DNA of 64,000 nt, from assembly GCA_964545855.1 (NCBI GenBank), contig CAZJHD010000001.1:84065-148064 (forward strand), written 5' to 3'. Source of the DNA: an uncultured Planctomycetales bacterium. Lineage in GTDB: Bacteria > Planctomycetota > UBA1135 > JACQFD01. The notes under the pieces are model-generated. The model did no database searches. It was given only the letters and a program-made list of their open reading frames with translations, and was not told the origin of the DNA. Below are positions 45,773-56,200 of the stretch, in pieces (the first letter of the stretch is position 1; every line of letters begins with the position of its first letter). Made by a program: the position numbers and the translations under genes.

Positions 45773-46683
45773 ACTCGCGCCGCCGCCCGGCGCCGGCGGA
45801 CACCCCGCGCCCGCGCACGCATCGCGTTCCCCGCGGCTCCGGGGCGACGCGAAGCGCGCGCGCCGGTCTCCACTACGACGCGCGCTTCGTCTCCCTCGCG
45901 GACGCCGAGGAGGTCGTGCGCTGGCTCGCGACGATCCGTCCCCTCTGGGAGGAACGCTACTCCGTGCATCGCGAGCCGCCGGCGGGACAGCAGCGACGGC
46001 GTCTCCTGCGGCCGGTCTACTGGCTCGGGAGCTGGCAGTTCGCCTGCCTCGACTACTACCGGCCGCCGCGCGGGACGCAGGATCGGTGCGTCGCCGCGGA
46101 GCCCTTTCCGCCCGTGCTCGCGCGGCTCGTCGCGCGCGCCGAGGAGATCGCGCGGCGGAGCCACCGCGGCCCCGACCTCCCGAGCGGCTGGCGGCTCAAC
46201 ACGTGCCTCGTGAACCTCTATGGCGATCATCTCCGCGACGGCCGCCGCGTCGACGCGGCGCGCGTCGGCGAGCACAAGGACTTCGAGCCGGGCCCCGTGG
46301 CGTCGATCTCCCTCGGCGAGCGGGCGCTCTTCCAGTTCGTCGCGAGCCGTGGCCGCGCGCTCCCCGCGTCCCTCGTCCACGCGCAGTGGCTCGACGACCG
46401 CTCGCTCCTCATCTTCGGCGGAGAGCCCTGGAAGAGCCGGACGTTCCATCGCGTGCAGCGCGTGGACCGCCGCGCCGGCCACCGGCTCCCGCCCGAGGTG
46501 GAGGGCTTCGAGACTCGCCGCGTGAACTTCACCTTCCGCTGGGTGCCGGACGAGCACGTCGTGCCCTTCGGGAAGCTCGCGCCGGCGGCTCGGGACGACG
46601 TGCGCGCCTACGTCGCCGAGCTCGCGCGCAGCTCCCCGTGGTTCGCCCGGGCGCTCGCGGAGGAGCCCCACCCTCCGGCGTGA
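45769..46683 (+). CDS. AlkB-like 2OG-Fe(II) dioxygenase with Arg/Pro-rich N-terminal extension
   Basis: These are the last 304 codons of ORF 41704..46683. GTG 45769 overlaps the M1 peptidase stop (GTGA). Motifs: LNTCLVNLYGD, VGEHKDFEPGPVASISLGERALFQF, RVNFTFRW. Confidence 0.75.
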   Translation: MNSRRRPAPADTPRPRTHRVPRGSGATRSARAGLHYDARFVSLADAEEVVRWLATIRPLWEERYSVHREPPAGQQRRRLLRPVYWLGSWQFACLDYYRPPRGTQDRCVAAEPFPPVLARLVARAEEIARRSHRGPDLPSGWRLNTCLVNLYGDHLRDGRRVDAARVGEHKDFEPGPVASISLGERALFQFVASRGRALPASLVHAQWLDDRSLLIFGGEPWKSRTFHRVQRVDRRAGHRLPPEVEGFETRRVNFTFRWVPDEHVVPFGKLAPAARDDVRAYVAELARSSPWFARALAEEPHPPA

Positions 46684-46786
46684 CGTCCCGCCGGCGGCGG
46701 GCGCGGGTTCCATCGGCGCTGCGCGAGGGGGCTCGCCGCAGGCTCGATCGGTTTCGGGCCTCCATCGGGGATGATCGCGCCCCCCC

Positions 46787-49288
46787 ATGCCGGATCTCCG
46801 CACCTCGGACCGACACCGCGCGGTCCATCTCGGTCCGCTCCTCTCCCTCCTCCTCCTCGCCGCGCCCGCGCACGGAATCCAGGATCCGGCGGCGTCCGGC
46901 GAGATCGTGCTCCGCGACGCGCTCGTGCTCCCTCGACGCGGTCCCTCGGGACGCGGCGCCCTCGCGATCGACGCGGTCGTCTCGCGGATCGTCGCGGGGT
47001 CGTGGACGCCGCCGAAGGCCGGCGAGGCGCCGCCCGGCGCCGGCGAGGGAGCGGAGACCTGGGAGGCCGTGCGCGCCGGGAGCGACGGCGTGCTCCAGCA
47101 CCCGGAGCTCCGGGACGGCTACGCGTCGTTCGTCTTCGAGTCTCCCGAGGAGCGCGTCCTGCTCCTCGACGCGATCGGTCATCGGCTGGCGTGGGTGAAC
47201 GGCGTCGCGCGGACGGGCGATCCCTACGAGAACGGCTGGGTCGTGATCCCCGTGCCGGTGCGCAAGGGAACGAACGAGATCCTCCTCTCCTGCTCGCGAG
47301 GCCGCGTGCGCGCGCGGCTCCTGCCGCCGCCGTCTCCGATCGACTTCTCCGATCGCGACGCGACCCTCCCCGACCTGCGCATCGGGGATCCGGTCGATCA
47401 CCTCGGCGCCGTCGTCGTCCGCAACGCGACGGGCGACACCCAGATGGGACTCTGGCTCTTCGCGAGCCTCGAGGGAGGCGAGACGACGAGCACTCCCGTG
47501 CCGGCTCTGCTCCCCACGTCGGTCCGGAAGGCGGCCTTCCGCGTGGCGGGCGCCGCACCGAGCGCCGCGGGAACGCGCATGGTGAAGCTCGAGCTGCGGC
47601 GCGGCGAGGAGCCGTCCGTCGTCCTCGCGAAGTACGAGGTCTCCCTCGCGGTGCGGGAGCGCTCGGAGCGGCACGTGCGCACCTTCCGGAGCGCGATCGA
47701 CGGGAGCGTGCAGTACTTCGCGGTGGTGCCCGCGACGGGCCAGTCCGAGACGGATCGGCCGGGGATCGTCCTCGCTCTCCATGGCGCGAGCGTCGAGGCG
47801 ACGGGACACGCCGCCGCCTACCAGCCGAAGCCCTGGTGCCACATCGTGGCGCCCACGAACCGGCGCCCCTACGGCTTCGACTGGGAGGACTGGGGACGGC
47901 TCGACGCCCTCGAGGTCCTCGACATCGCGCACCGCGACCTCGAGAACGACCCGGCGCGCACCTGGCTCACGGGGCACTCCATGGGAGGTCACGGAACGTG
48001 GCAGCTGGGGGCTCTCTTCCCCGGGCGCTTCGCCGCCATCGCGCCCGTGGCCGGGTGGGTCAGCTTCGCGAGCTACACGCGTCCGGCGACACCCGATCCG
48101 AACCCTTCGATCCACGCGATCCTGCGCCGCGCGGCGGGCTCGAGCGACACGCTCGCCTACTCCGAGAACTACGCCCAGCTCGGCGTCTTCGTCATGCACG
48201 GCGACGCCGACGACAACGTCCGCGTCGAGGAGGCGCGGACCATGCGCGAGCGGCTCGGGAAGTTCCACGCCGACTTCGTGTACCGCGAGCAGGCGGGGGC
48301 GGGCCACTGGTGGGGGAACCAATGCGTCGACTGGCCTCCGATCTTCGACTTCTTCCGGCGGCGCGAGATCCCGAAGGACTCGGAGGCGCTGCATGTGGCC
48401 TTCGTGACGCCGAATCCCGCCGTGTCGGCCTCGAACCGTTGGGCGACGATCGTCCAGCAGCAGGTCCCGCTCGAGGCGAGCCGCGTGAGCCTCGCCGTCG
48501 ATCGGCAAGCGCGCTCGATCCGCGTAACGACCGAGAACGTGCAGCGGCTCGATCTCCGGCTCGACGCCCTCGAGCCGGGCGCGTCCCTTTCACTCGAGAT
48601 CGACGGGAGCGCGGTCCCGGGCATCGCGTGGCCCGAGGGGCCGCGTCCCGTGCTCCACTTCGTGCGGTCCGAGCTCGGGTGGGCCGTCGCGGGGCCGGCG
48701 CCGCTCGCGGAGAAGGGGCCCCATCGCGGCGGTCCCTTCAAGCACGTCTTCCGGAATCGGATGCTCTTCGTCTACGGAACGGGCGGCTCGGCCGACGAGA
48801 AGGAGGCCGCCCTCGCGAAGGCGCGTCTCGACGCCGAGACCTTCTGGTACCGGGGGAACGGATCCGTCGACGTCGTCCCCGACACGGCCTTCGATCCCTC
48901 CGCGGAGCCCGATCGCAACGTCGTGCTCTACGGGAACGCGGAGACGAACGGCGCCTGGGCTGCGCTCCTCGGCGCGAGCCCGGTGCAAGTGAGTCGAGGT
49001 CGGATCGTCGTGGGATCGCGGGAGATCGCCGGGCGCGACCTGGCCTGCGTCTTCGTGCGCCCCCGGCCCGGCAGCGACGCCGCTCTCGTGGGAGCCATCG
49101 CCGGAACGAGCGCGGAAGGCATGCGGATCTCGAACCGGATGCCCTACTTCGTCTCGGGCGTCGCCTACGCGGACTTCGTTGCGGTGCGCAACGAGGCCTT
49201 GTCGAACGGAGGCATGGCGATCGTCGGCGCGGGCTTCTTCGGGAACGACTGGAGCCTCGAGCGGGGCGACTTCGCCTGGCGAGACTGA
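46787..49288 (+). CDS. Secreted multidomain alpha/beta hydrolase (esterase/peptidase S9-like core)
   Basis: Signal ...HLGPLLSLLLLAAPAHG. The putative Ser-Asp-His triad motifs are GHSMGGHG, HGDADDNV and GAGHWW. The flanking N- and C-terminal domains are unassigned. Confidence 0.8.
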   Translation: MPDLRTSDRHRAVHLGPLLSLLLLAAPAHGIQDPAASGEIVLRDALVLPRRGPSGRGALAIDAVVSRIVAGSWTPPKAGEAPPGAGEGAETWEAVRAGSDGVLQHPELRDGYASFVFESPEERVLLLDAIGHRLAWVNGVARTGDPYENGWVVIPVPVRKGTNEILLSCSRGRVRARLLPPPSPIDFSDRDATLPDLRIGDPVDHLGAVVVRNATGDTQMGLWLFASLEGGETTSTPVPALLPTSVRKAAFRVAGAAPSAAGTRMVKLELRRGEEPSVVLAKYEVSLAVRERSERHVRTFRSAIDGSVQYFAVVPATGQSETDRPGIVLALHGASVEATGHAAAYQPKPWCHIVAPTNRRPYGFDWEDWGRLDALEVLDIAHRDLENDPARTWLTGHSMGGHGTWQLGALFPGRFAAIAPVAGWVSFASYTRPATPDPNPSIHAILRRAAGSSDTLAYSENYAQLGVFVMHGDADDNVRVEEARTMRERLGKFHADFVYREQAGAGHWWGNQCVDWPPIFDFFRRREIPKDSEALHVAFVTPNPAVSASNRWATIVQQQVPLEASRVSLAVDRQARSIRVTTENVQRLDLRLDALEPGASLSLEIDGSAVPGIAWPEGPRPVLHFVRSELGWAVAGPAPLAEKGPHRGGPFKHVFRNRMLFVYGTGGSADEKEAALAKARLDAETFWYRGNGSVDVVPDTAFDPSAEPDRNVVLYGNAETNGAWAALLGASPVQVSRGRIVVGSREIAGRDLACVFVRPRPGSDAALVGAIAGTSAEGMRISNRMPYFVSGVAYADFVAVRNEALSNGGMAIVGAGFFGNDWSLERGDFAWRD

Positions 49289-49290
49289 GC

Positions 49291-49312
49291 GGGCGCGGCG
49301 GCGAGCGCGCCC
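49291..49312. terminator. GC hairpin between convergent genes (gggcgcg-N8-cgcgccc)
   Basis: It sits in the 30-nt gap between the hydrolase stop (49288) and the deacetylase stop (49319). The stem was read directly and is followed by cttcgttc. Confidence 0.35.
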
Positions 49313-49318
49313 CTTCGT

Positions 49319-50350
49319 TCAACGCACGGCTTCGCGCGCGCAGGGATCGATCCACGCGCGCAGGCTTCGCCCCGCCTCGGCGAGCGTGGCCGGCCGCGCT
49401 CCGAGCTCGCCCGTGCAGAACGCGAGGAGCCCGCGGATGCGCTCGAAGCACAGCTCGGCGTCGGACTCGGTCTGGACGTAGCTGGAGGCGCCCGCGACGA
49501 GCTCGCTCGAATGGAGGAAGACGTTCAGCACGGGCGCGCCTTCGGCGAGGAGTGTCGTGGCCGCGCGGCGCATGATCGAGAGGTCGAAGCGCGCCGGGTA
49601 GAGCCACGCGAAGTCGACGATGCCGAGGTATTCGTGGGAGAGCAGACCCCGCAGGCGCGTGCGCTGGGGGATGCGCAGATAGGCTTCGCGCAACGAATCG
49701 GGGAGCTTGCGGGAGAGCCCGACGGAGACCGGCACCTCGACGATCGGGAGGTCGCCCGGCACGCAGACGTCGGTCCGGCTCGGGTAGTAGGGGTGCTGCG
49801 GAGCACGGCGGAAATCGGGGCCGTCGTCCTCGAGGTGATGGACCATCGGCGTCACCGAGGAGTCGACCTCGTAGCCGAGGGACGGGAGCTCGGCGAGGGT
49901 CGCGCCGTCGATTCCGAATCGTCCCGCGCGGAACGAGACGGGCTCCTCGCCCGCGATCTCCGCCACGGCGGCGTGGAGACGCTCGAGCTTCGAACGGAAT
50001 CGCGCCGGGCCGAGCTCCGAGAGGTAGTAGGGGATCGATCGCTCGTCCCCGGTCCTTCCGGGCACGCCCTCGAAGGGCGGCGTGTTCCAGGGGTGCAGAT
50101 GCGTTGCGATCTCGCAGCCGCCGGCGCGCGCGAGGGCGCGCAGGATCGCCGCGGGCTCCGGCTCCGTCACCATCGGCCAGGTGCAGAGATAGGTGGGCCG
50201 CACCCCGAACTCCGCGCAGACCTCGGCGAATCTCGGGAGCGCACGAGCGTTCGAGGTGGAGATCGGATCCGTGATCCGCCAGTCCGGCATGTCCTCCTCG
50301 ACGTCGATCGTGAAGAGGAGGAGCGGAGGGCTCTTCGTCGCGACGCTCAT
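49319..50350 (-). CDS. Polysaccharide deacetylase family protein (WalW / PEP-CTERM-locus-like subtype)
   Basis: These are the last 343 codons of ORF 49319..52555. ATG 50350 overlaps the sulfatase-like stop (ATGA). The N-terminus is LLLFTIDVEED, with THLHPW and FRAGRFG motifs. Confidence 0.8.
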   Translation of the reverse strand: MSVATKSPPLLLFTIDVEEDMPDWRITDPISTSNARALPRFAEVCAEFGVRPTYLCTWPMVTEPEPAAILRALARAGGCEIATHLHPWNTPPFEGVPGRTGDERSIPYYLSELGPARFRSKLERLHAAVAEIAGEEPVSFRAGRFGIDGATLAELPSLGYEVDSSVTPMVHHLEDDGPDFRRAPQHPYYPSRTDVCVPGDLPIVEVPVSVGLSRKLPDSLREAYLRIPQRTRLRGLLSHEYLGIVDFAWLYPARFDLSIMRRAATTLLAEGAPVLNVFLHSSELVAGASSYVQTESDAELCFERIRGLLAFCTGELGARPATLAEAGRSLRAWIDPCAREAVR

Positions 50351-52584
50351 TTCGCCGGCCCGCCCCCCAGATAGCCGACGGCGCGGAGGCTCGCCTCGAC
50401 CTCGGCGGAGAGGGCCGCGGGCTTCACGTGGCGGAATCCCTTCGCCTGGAGGAACTCCGCGTGCCGGCGGAGCCGGTCCACCATCTCGATGATGCGCGCC
50501 TTGTGCTCCTCGTCGAGCGCGAGGTTGCGCGCCTCGCCCGGATCGGCAGCGAGGTCGTAGAGCTCCTCGCGTCCGTGCAGCTCGGGCGGGCGATGGGCGT
50601 TGCGCTCCGTGAGGACGAGTTTCAGGGATCCCTCGCGGATCGCGCTCAGCACGAAGCTGCGCGTGTCGTGATCGTTCTCGCCGAACTCGTTCTCCAGGAA
50701 GAAGGAAGTCGCGGGCTTCCACCCGGGATCGGTCATAGAGGCCGCGAAGGAGCGGCCGTCGCCGAGCGTGTCGATCCCCGTGCCCGCGAGGTCGAGCACC
50801 GTCGCGGCGAGGTCGACGATCTGGACGGGGCCCTCGACGACGCGCCCCTTCGCGACTCCCGGTCCGTGCGCGAGCAGCGGGACGCGGACGACCTCCTGGT
50901 AGAGCGAGAAGCCGTGTCCGAGGGCGCCGTGCTCGAAGAACTCCTCGCCGTGGTCCGAGGTGAGCACGAAGATCGTGTTCTCCCAGACGCCGAGCCGCTG
51001 GAACTCGGCGACGAGCTCCTTCAGGCCCTCGTCGGTGTACCGGATCTCGCCGTCGTAGAGGTCGCGGCCGACCTTCCGCTTGCGCTCGTTGAAGAGCGGG
51101 ATCCCCGGGTGGTCGCCGGCGAACTCCTTCTCGTAGGCCGCCGGCGGGCTGTAGGGCTCGTGGGGATCGATGTAGTGGAGGTAGAGGAAGAAGCGCTGGC
51201 CGTGGTTCTGCTGGAGCCAGGAGAAGACGTGCCGGTTCATCTCGCGCACGTCGTTCTCGTACTTCCAGTTGAACTGGTAGCGCGTCAGCTCCTTCAGGAT
51301 GCGGCCGACGAAGGAGTCGCGCAGCGCCGCGAGCGACAGCGTGTCCTCCACGGGGGAGTCGAAGAACTCGTCGAAGCCTCGGTCGAACGCGAAGATCTTC
51401 TTCACGTTCGGGTTGCTCACGAATCCCGCGGTGACGAATCCGGCGGCCTGGAAGCTCTCGGCGAGCGTCTTCCCGCCGTCCGGCACCATGAGCGAGCTGC
51501 CGTGGTAGAGCGCGCCGTGTCGCGAGGGGTAGAGGCCCGTGAGGATCGTCGCGGTGGAGGGCTTGGTCCACGCGGCCGGCGAGACGGGATCGTCGAAGCG
51601 CGAGCCGGCTGCAGCGAGGGAGTCGAGGAAGGGCGACGTCGGCCGCGGATAGCCGTAGCAGCCGAGTGCGTCGGCCCGCAGCGTGTCGACGGTCACGAGG
51701 ACGACGTTCGGCCCCGGCGATGCTTCGCGTCCGGAGAGCTTCGCGTACTCGACGTCCGCCGGAATGGCGGAGAGCGAGAATCCGGGCAGGGTGACCGCCG
51801 CGCTTCCGAGGAGGAGCGCGCCCAGCACCATGGGGACCGCGCGCGGGACCAGGGGCCCCGCCGCGAGGCGCTGGCCGAGAACCGCCACCAGGGGGCGGGC
51901 GATCGAGCCGAGGATCGCGGCGGCCGGAATCGCGCCGAGGAGACACGCGGCCGCGCCCGCGAGACGCGCCGGCGAGCGCCAGCCGCCGCTCTCGCCGCGC
52001 ACGATCGTGAGCGCGAGCCATGCGGCGGATCCGACGGCGAGGACGACGCCGGCGGCCACCGCGGCGGGCTCGCTCCGGGGCGCGAAGGGGAGGCGGCGCG
52101 CGATCGCGTCCACGAGGACGAGACCCAGCAGGATCGCGCCGAAGCCCGCCAGGTTCAGGCCGAGGAGAGCCGCCGGCGAGAGGAACGGCAACGCTTCGTT
52201 CGTGAACCAGGTGCCGAAGCCCGTCCACGCGGCGAAGGCCGCGACCGAGAGGACGAGACCGGCGCCCATCCCTTGCAGTGCGCTCGGGGACGTCCCCGCC
52301 GAGGGACTCTCGGACGGACCGGGGGATCGCCGTCGGGAGAGCGCGAGGCCGACGGCGACGCAGCCGAGCACCAGGCCCAGCGCGCCGCAACCGATGCCCT
52401 CCAGGGAGGCCCGCGTCGCGATCGCCCAAGCCTTCTCGCTCCAGCTCGAATCGGGGCCCGCCTGGAACTCGCGCACGTGCTTCTTCTGCGAGATCGTCCA
52501 GGCGGCCTGGACGGAGAGCACGACGAAGCCGCCGAGGGCGGCCGTCGTCGTGCATCGCAGGAGTGCGCGCGGAAGTCGGGTCAC
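50347..52584 (-). CDS. Membrane-anchored alkaline-phosphatase-superfamily 'sulfatase-like' enzyme (about 7 TM N-domain) with Thr at the nucleophile position
   Basis: GTG 52584 inside ORF 50347..52959 overlaps the GNAT stop (GTGA), and ATG 52686 is the alternative. The catalytic-domain motif is NVVLVTVDTLRADALGCYGY. TKPSTATILTGLYPSRHG aligns to the CxPSRxxxLTG sulfatase motif. Also present: SDHGEEF. Confidence 0.85.
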   Translation of the reverse strand: MTRLPRALLRCTTTAALGGFVVLSVQAAWTISQKKHVREFQAGPDSSWSEKAWAIATRASLEGIGCGALGLVLGCVAVGLALSRRRSPGPSESPSAGTSPSALQGMGAGLVLSVAAFAAWTGFGTWFTNEALPFLSPAALLGLNLAGFGAILLGLVLVDAIARRLPFAPRSEPAAVAAGVVLAVGSAAWLALTIVRGESGGWRSPARLAGAAACLLGAIPAAAILGSIARPLVAVLGQRLAAGPLVPRAVPMVLGALLLGSAAVTLPGFSLSAIPADVEYAKLSGREASPGPNVVLVTVDTLRADALGCYGYPRPTSPFLDSLAAAGSRFDDPVSPAAWTKPSTATILTGLYPSRHGALYHGSSLMVPDGGKTLAESFQAAGFVTAGFVSNPNVKKIFAFDRGFDEFFDSPVEDTLSLAALRDSFVGRILKELTRYQFNWKYENDVREMNRHVFSWLQQNHGQRFFLYLHYIDPHEPYSPPAAYEKEFAGDHPGIPLFNERKRKVGRDLYDGEIRYTDEGLKELVAEFQRLGVWENTIFVLTSDHGEEFFEHGALGHGFSLYQEVVRVPLLAHGPGVAKGRVVEGPVQIVDLAATVLDLAGTGIDTLGDGRSFAASMTDPGWKPATSFFLENEFGENDHDTRSFVLSAIREGSLKLVLTERNAHRPPELHGREELYDLAADPGEARNLALDEEHKARIIEMVDRLRRHAEFLQAKGFRHVKPAALSAEVEASLRAVGYLGGGPAK

Positions 52585-53297
52585 GGTCGATGGCCGGCTG
52601 CGGCGGGTGGGGAGGCCGGTGCCGTCGTCGGTTCCACCGGGGGCAGATGGGCGGCGAGTTTGGCGGACACGAACGTTCGATGCCATCCCGCGAGGGAGAG
52701 GCGTGTGAACCTTCCGATGCTTTCGAATCGGAGGGCCGCGAGACCTTTGCGCGAAATGGCCTTCTTCACGTGCGCGTAGCCCACGAGCTCCGTCTGTCCG
52801 CGCCGCGCGAGGTCGGCGAGGACGAAGCGCATGCCCGCCTCGTAGAGCCCCTTGCCCCGGTGATCGGGGCTCGTGAAGGCCTTGTAGATGAAGGCCTGGT
52901 GGGGCCGCAGCCGCCGCTTCACGTGGAGGGGGACGTTCAAGTTCCGCGGGTTGACCCACATGGAGAAGACGATCGTGCTCCCGTGGAACGCGACCGTGGC
53001 CCGGTGACCGGCGCGGATCCGCTCGATCCCTTCGCGCCGCTCGCGCTCGTCGAGCTCCGTGTGGCGCACCGCGCAGCCGTCGATCTCCTCGGCCGTCGCG
53101 AAGGCGAAGCGATAGCCGGGAGGATCGCGGAACGCGCGGTCCTCCTCCGTGACGCTCCGGACGAAGACGTCGAAGGTGTCGACGGAGACGGAGCGTCGGA
53201 CGGCACCCAGGGCTCGCCGGATCCTCTGCGCGAGCGAGGGCCGCGCCTTCGAGATCTCCGCGAGGTCCGCGCTCTTCGCGGTCACCGGTCGGGTCAA
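52581..53297 (-). CDS. GNAT family N-acetyltransferase
   Basis: This is the C-terminal part of ORF 52581..55925. The candidate start TTG 53297 overlaps the NHL gene stop (TTGA), and GTG 53285 is the alternative. The acetyl-CoA motif is FTSPDHRGKGLYEAGMRFVLADLARRG. Confidence 0.75.
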   Translation of the reverse strand: MTRPVTAKSADLAEISKARPSLAQRIRRALGAVRRSVSVDTFDVFVRSVTEEDRAFRDPPGYRFAFATAEEIDGCAVRHTELDERERREGIERIRAGHRATVAFHGSTIVFSMWVNPRNLNVPLHVKRRLRPHQAFIYKAFTSPDHRGKGLYEAGMRFVLADLARRGQTELVGYAHVKKAISRKGLAALRFESIGRFTRLSLAGWHRTFVSAKLAAHLPPVEPTTAPASPPAAAGHRP

Positions 53298-56200
53298 TTC
53301 CCCAGGTAGAGCTGCGCCGTTCCTCCGACGGTCGCGACTCCGCTCGTTGCCGCCGGATCGAAGGAGATCCACGCCAGATCGAGGAAGGTCTTCAGACCGA
53401 GCAGCGAAGGATCGTTCGGGAGGATGATCGACATCGTCGCGGGCGATGCGCCGCTCGCGTCGAGTGTGTTGACGAAGTCCGGAAGGATGCTCGGGTAGTT
53501 CACGAGTCCCCAGACGTCGTCGGGGTTGTTCGGGATCGCGCGGGGGTCGTTCGTCCCGAAGATGGGTCCCAGCGGGAGGCCAGGGATCTTCCCGCTCAGA
53601 CTCGCGACGGCGAGGTAGAGGCGGTTCGCGTCCGCCGGGCTCCGGATCGTGACGGACGTGGAGGCACCGAGCACCGCCGATCCATGCACGCGCAGGTCGG
53701 CGGGGCCCGCGAGGCCCGGATTCGTCGACGGAGGAGCGCCGGCCGGCACGCCGGACACGCCGCGCTCCCAGAGCGTCGCGCCGTCGAGCACGAAGAGGCT
53801 CGTCCCCTGGGGGCTGGCGACTCCCGCCGTGCCGGTCGCGAGGACCGCTCCCACGGGGAAGAAGTGATTGCCCTGGGCGATGGTGCGGGTCCCCGTCGCG
53901 CGGTCGACGCGGAACGCACGCCCGTCGAAGGCGGCGGCGACGAAGAAGTTGCCCGACGCGTCGAAGCAGATGCCGCCGTCGTCGGCGGCGAGCCGGTAGG
54001 TCGTGAACGTGCTGTGGCGGAAGTGGCCGGCCGCGACGGGGCTCGAGAGCGTCTCGACGCGCAGGATCTCGCCCACGTTCTCGGCGACGGAGCCGCGCTC
54101 CGTCACGAAGAGATCGGCCGTGAGGGGGTCGACGGCCGCGCGAATGCAGCGAGCCGTGAAGGCGATCGTCGTGAGCACGCCGCCGTCGAGCCGATGGAGC
54201 CGTCCCACCGTGGCGGCCGTCTGCGTCTCGCAGAGGATGATGCGGTCGAGACCGTCGACGGCGAGGCCGCGCACGTTCGTGAGCGTGCCCCCCGGATTGG
54301 AGTAGAGGAGCGACACGGCCCAGCCGGCGAAGGGATCGACGCGGTAGACCATTCCGTTGCGGCTCGCGGTCACGATGGCGCCGGTGGAGAGGACGCCGAG
54401 CGCCGTGAGGTCGCCCGAGAGCCCCTGGGCCGCGCCGGCGACCGTCGCCACGAACTTCGTCACCGGATCGACGCGCGCGATCCGGCCCGTCGACGTCGAG
54501 ACCAACAGGCTCGGACCGCCGGGATCCTTCACGACGGCGCGCGGGGTCCCGAGCGCCGACGACAGCGAGCCCGCGGAGCGGATCAGCGGCGGCGCGGACG
54601 GATCCACCATCGAAGGCGCCGCCGGCGGAACGCTCGGGATCTCCCAGAGGTAGTTGAACTCGCTGACGAAGAGGCTCCAGCCCGTCGTGCTGCCGGAGCC
54701 GGGCGTGGAGCGCGCGATCGCGATCCCGGAGAGGTGGTCGAGGTAGCCCGACGCGATGCGGAACAGCTTCCCCGTCGCCCGCTCGTACTTGTAGACGGAG
54801 AAGTCGTCCTCGGAGCAGGTGTAGACGTTGCCCTCCACGTCCACGACCGCGTCGCCGTCGCCCCAGACGCCGGCGTTCGAGTAGTTCATGCCCGAGAAGC
54901 CGGGCAGCGGCGCGAGCGTGCCGGAGATCGGGTCGTAGCGATCGATCGTTCCGACGAAGCCCGCGTTGTGCCACCGCGACACGAGGATCGATCCCGAGAA
55001 CGGATCGCCGCAGACGCCGCGCGTCTCCGGCGTCGTCAGCACGGACGACGCCGTGCCCGCTGGCGAGACATTCAGGAGGTTGCCCGTGCCGTAGCCGGTG
55101 CGGTTCGCGATCCAGAAGTTGCCGTCGCGGTCGAGCGCGAGGTCCTTCCCGATGACCACCTGGTTCAGGGGATCGGCGAAGACCGTCGTCAGCTGGAAGG
55201 GGTTCTCGACGACGCGATGGATCGCGCCGTCGCTCGTGAGGGCGTGGATCGTGCCGTCGGAGGAGACGGTGATGCCCTCGACGCGGCCGCTGATCCCCTG
55301 GGCCGCGGAGGCGACGGTCGTGAGCGCGAGCGTCGAGGTCGAGATGCGCTTCACGGCGAAGCCGGCTCCCCAGAGATCGCCGCCGACGAGCAGGTCGCCG
55401 TTCCGGTCGGCGGCGAGCTCGTAGGTGTTCATGCCGAAGAAGACGGGCACCGAGATCCCTCGATTCGGGACCGTGCCGAGGGACGGCGCGATGACGCTCG
55501 CGGGGGCGCCCACGTTGCCGATCTCGCGAATCGACGTCGGCGTGCTCCCGGAGGCGACGTAGGCGCTCCAGCCGGAGGCGCTCGGGACGCTTCCGCTCGA
55601 CGCGGCGATGGCGAGACCCCGAAGGGCCGGGAGTCCCGTCGCGATCGGACTCGACGATGTGAACGCGCGGTCGAAGCGGTGGACCGTGCCGCCGGCGACC
55701 ATGAGCACGTTGCCGGAGGTGTCGGCGGCGAGATCGCCGTCGAAGGCCGAAGGGGTGAAGCCGGCGAGCGTGATCGTGTCGAGAGGCACCGTCGGATGGG
55801 ACGCGTCCGCCACGTCGACGATCCGGATCGCGCCGCCGCCGCTCGAGTCCGCCATCAGGAGGTTCCCCGTGAGCGGGTCCGCCGCCATCGCGACGGGGAG
55901 GTGCTTCACGAGGTAGTAGGACCACCGTGCGCCATCGCCGCTGATCCAGTTGAGGGCGCGCGTGCCGGAGGAGGGCGTCTGGCTCGCGACCACGTAGTTC
56001 CCCGCGGCGTCGACCATCAGGTCGGTCGGCTCGAGGATCATGTAGAGATCGGAGTAGACCTTGAGCGCGGGCGTCGAACCGCCGGGGAGGCGGTAGATGT
56101 CTCCCACGGAGTCCACGACGGCGACGTCGCCGGTCGGCGTCTCGACGACTCCGCGGAGCGCCTGGGGGAAGGGGCCCGTCGCCGCCGTCGCGAGGACGCT

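Noticed and set aside
46688-46701. Short GC hairpins after the AlkB-like (46688-46701) and GH92 (11830-11844) genes as terminators
   Set aside because: They have only 6-bp stems with 3-nt loops and no U-tract. They are indistinguishable from background self-complementarity in GC-rich DNA.
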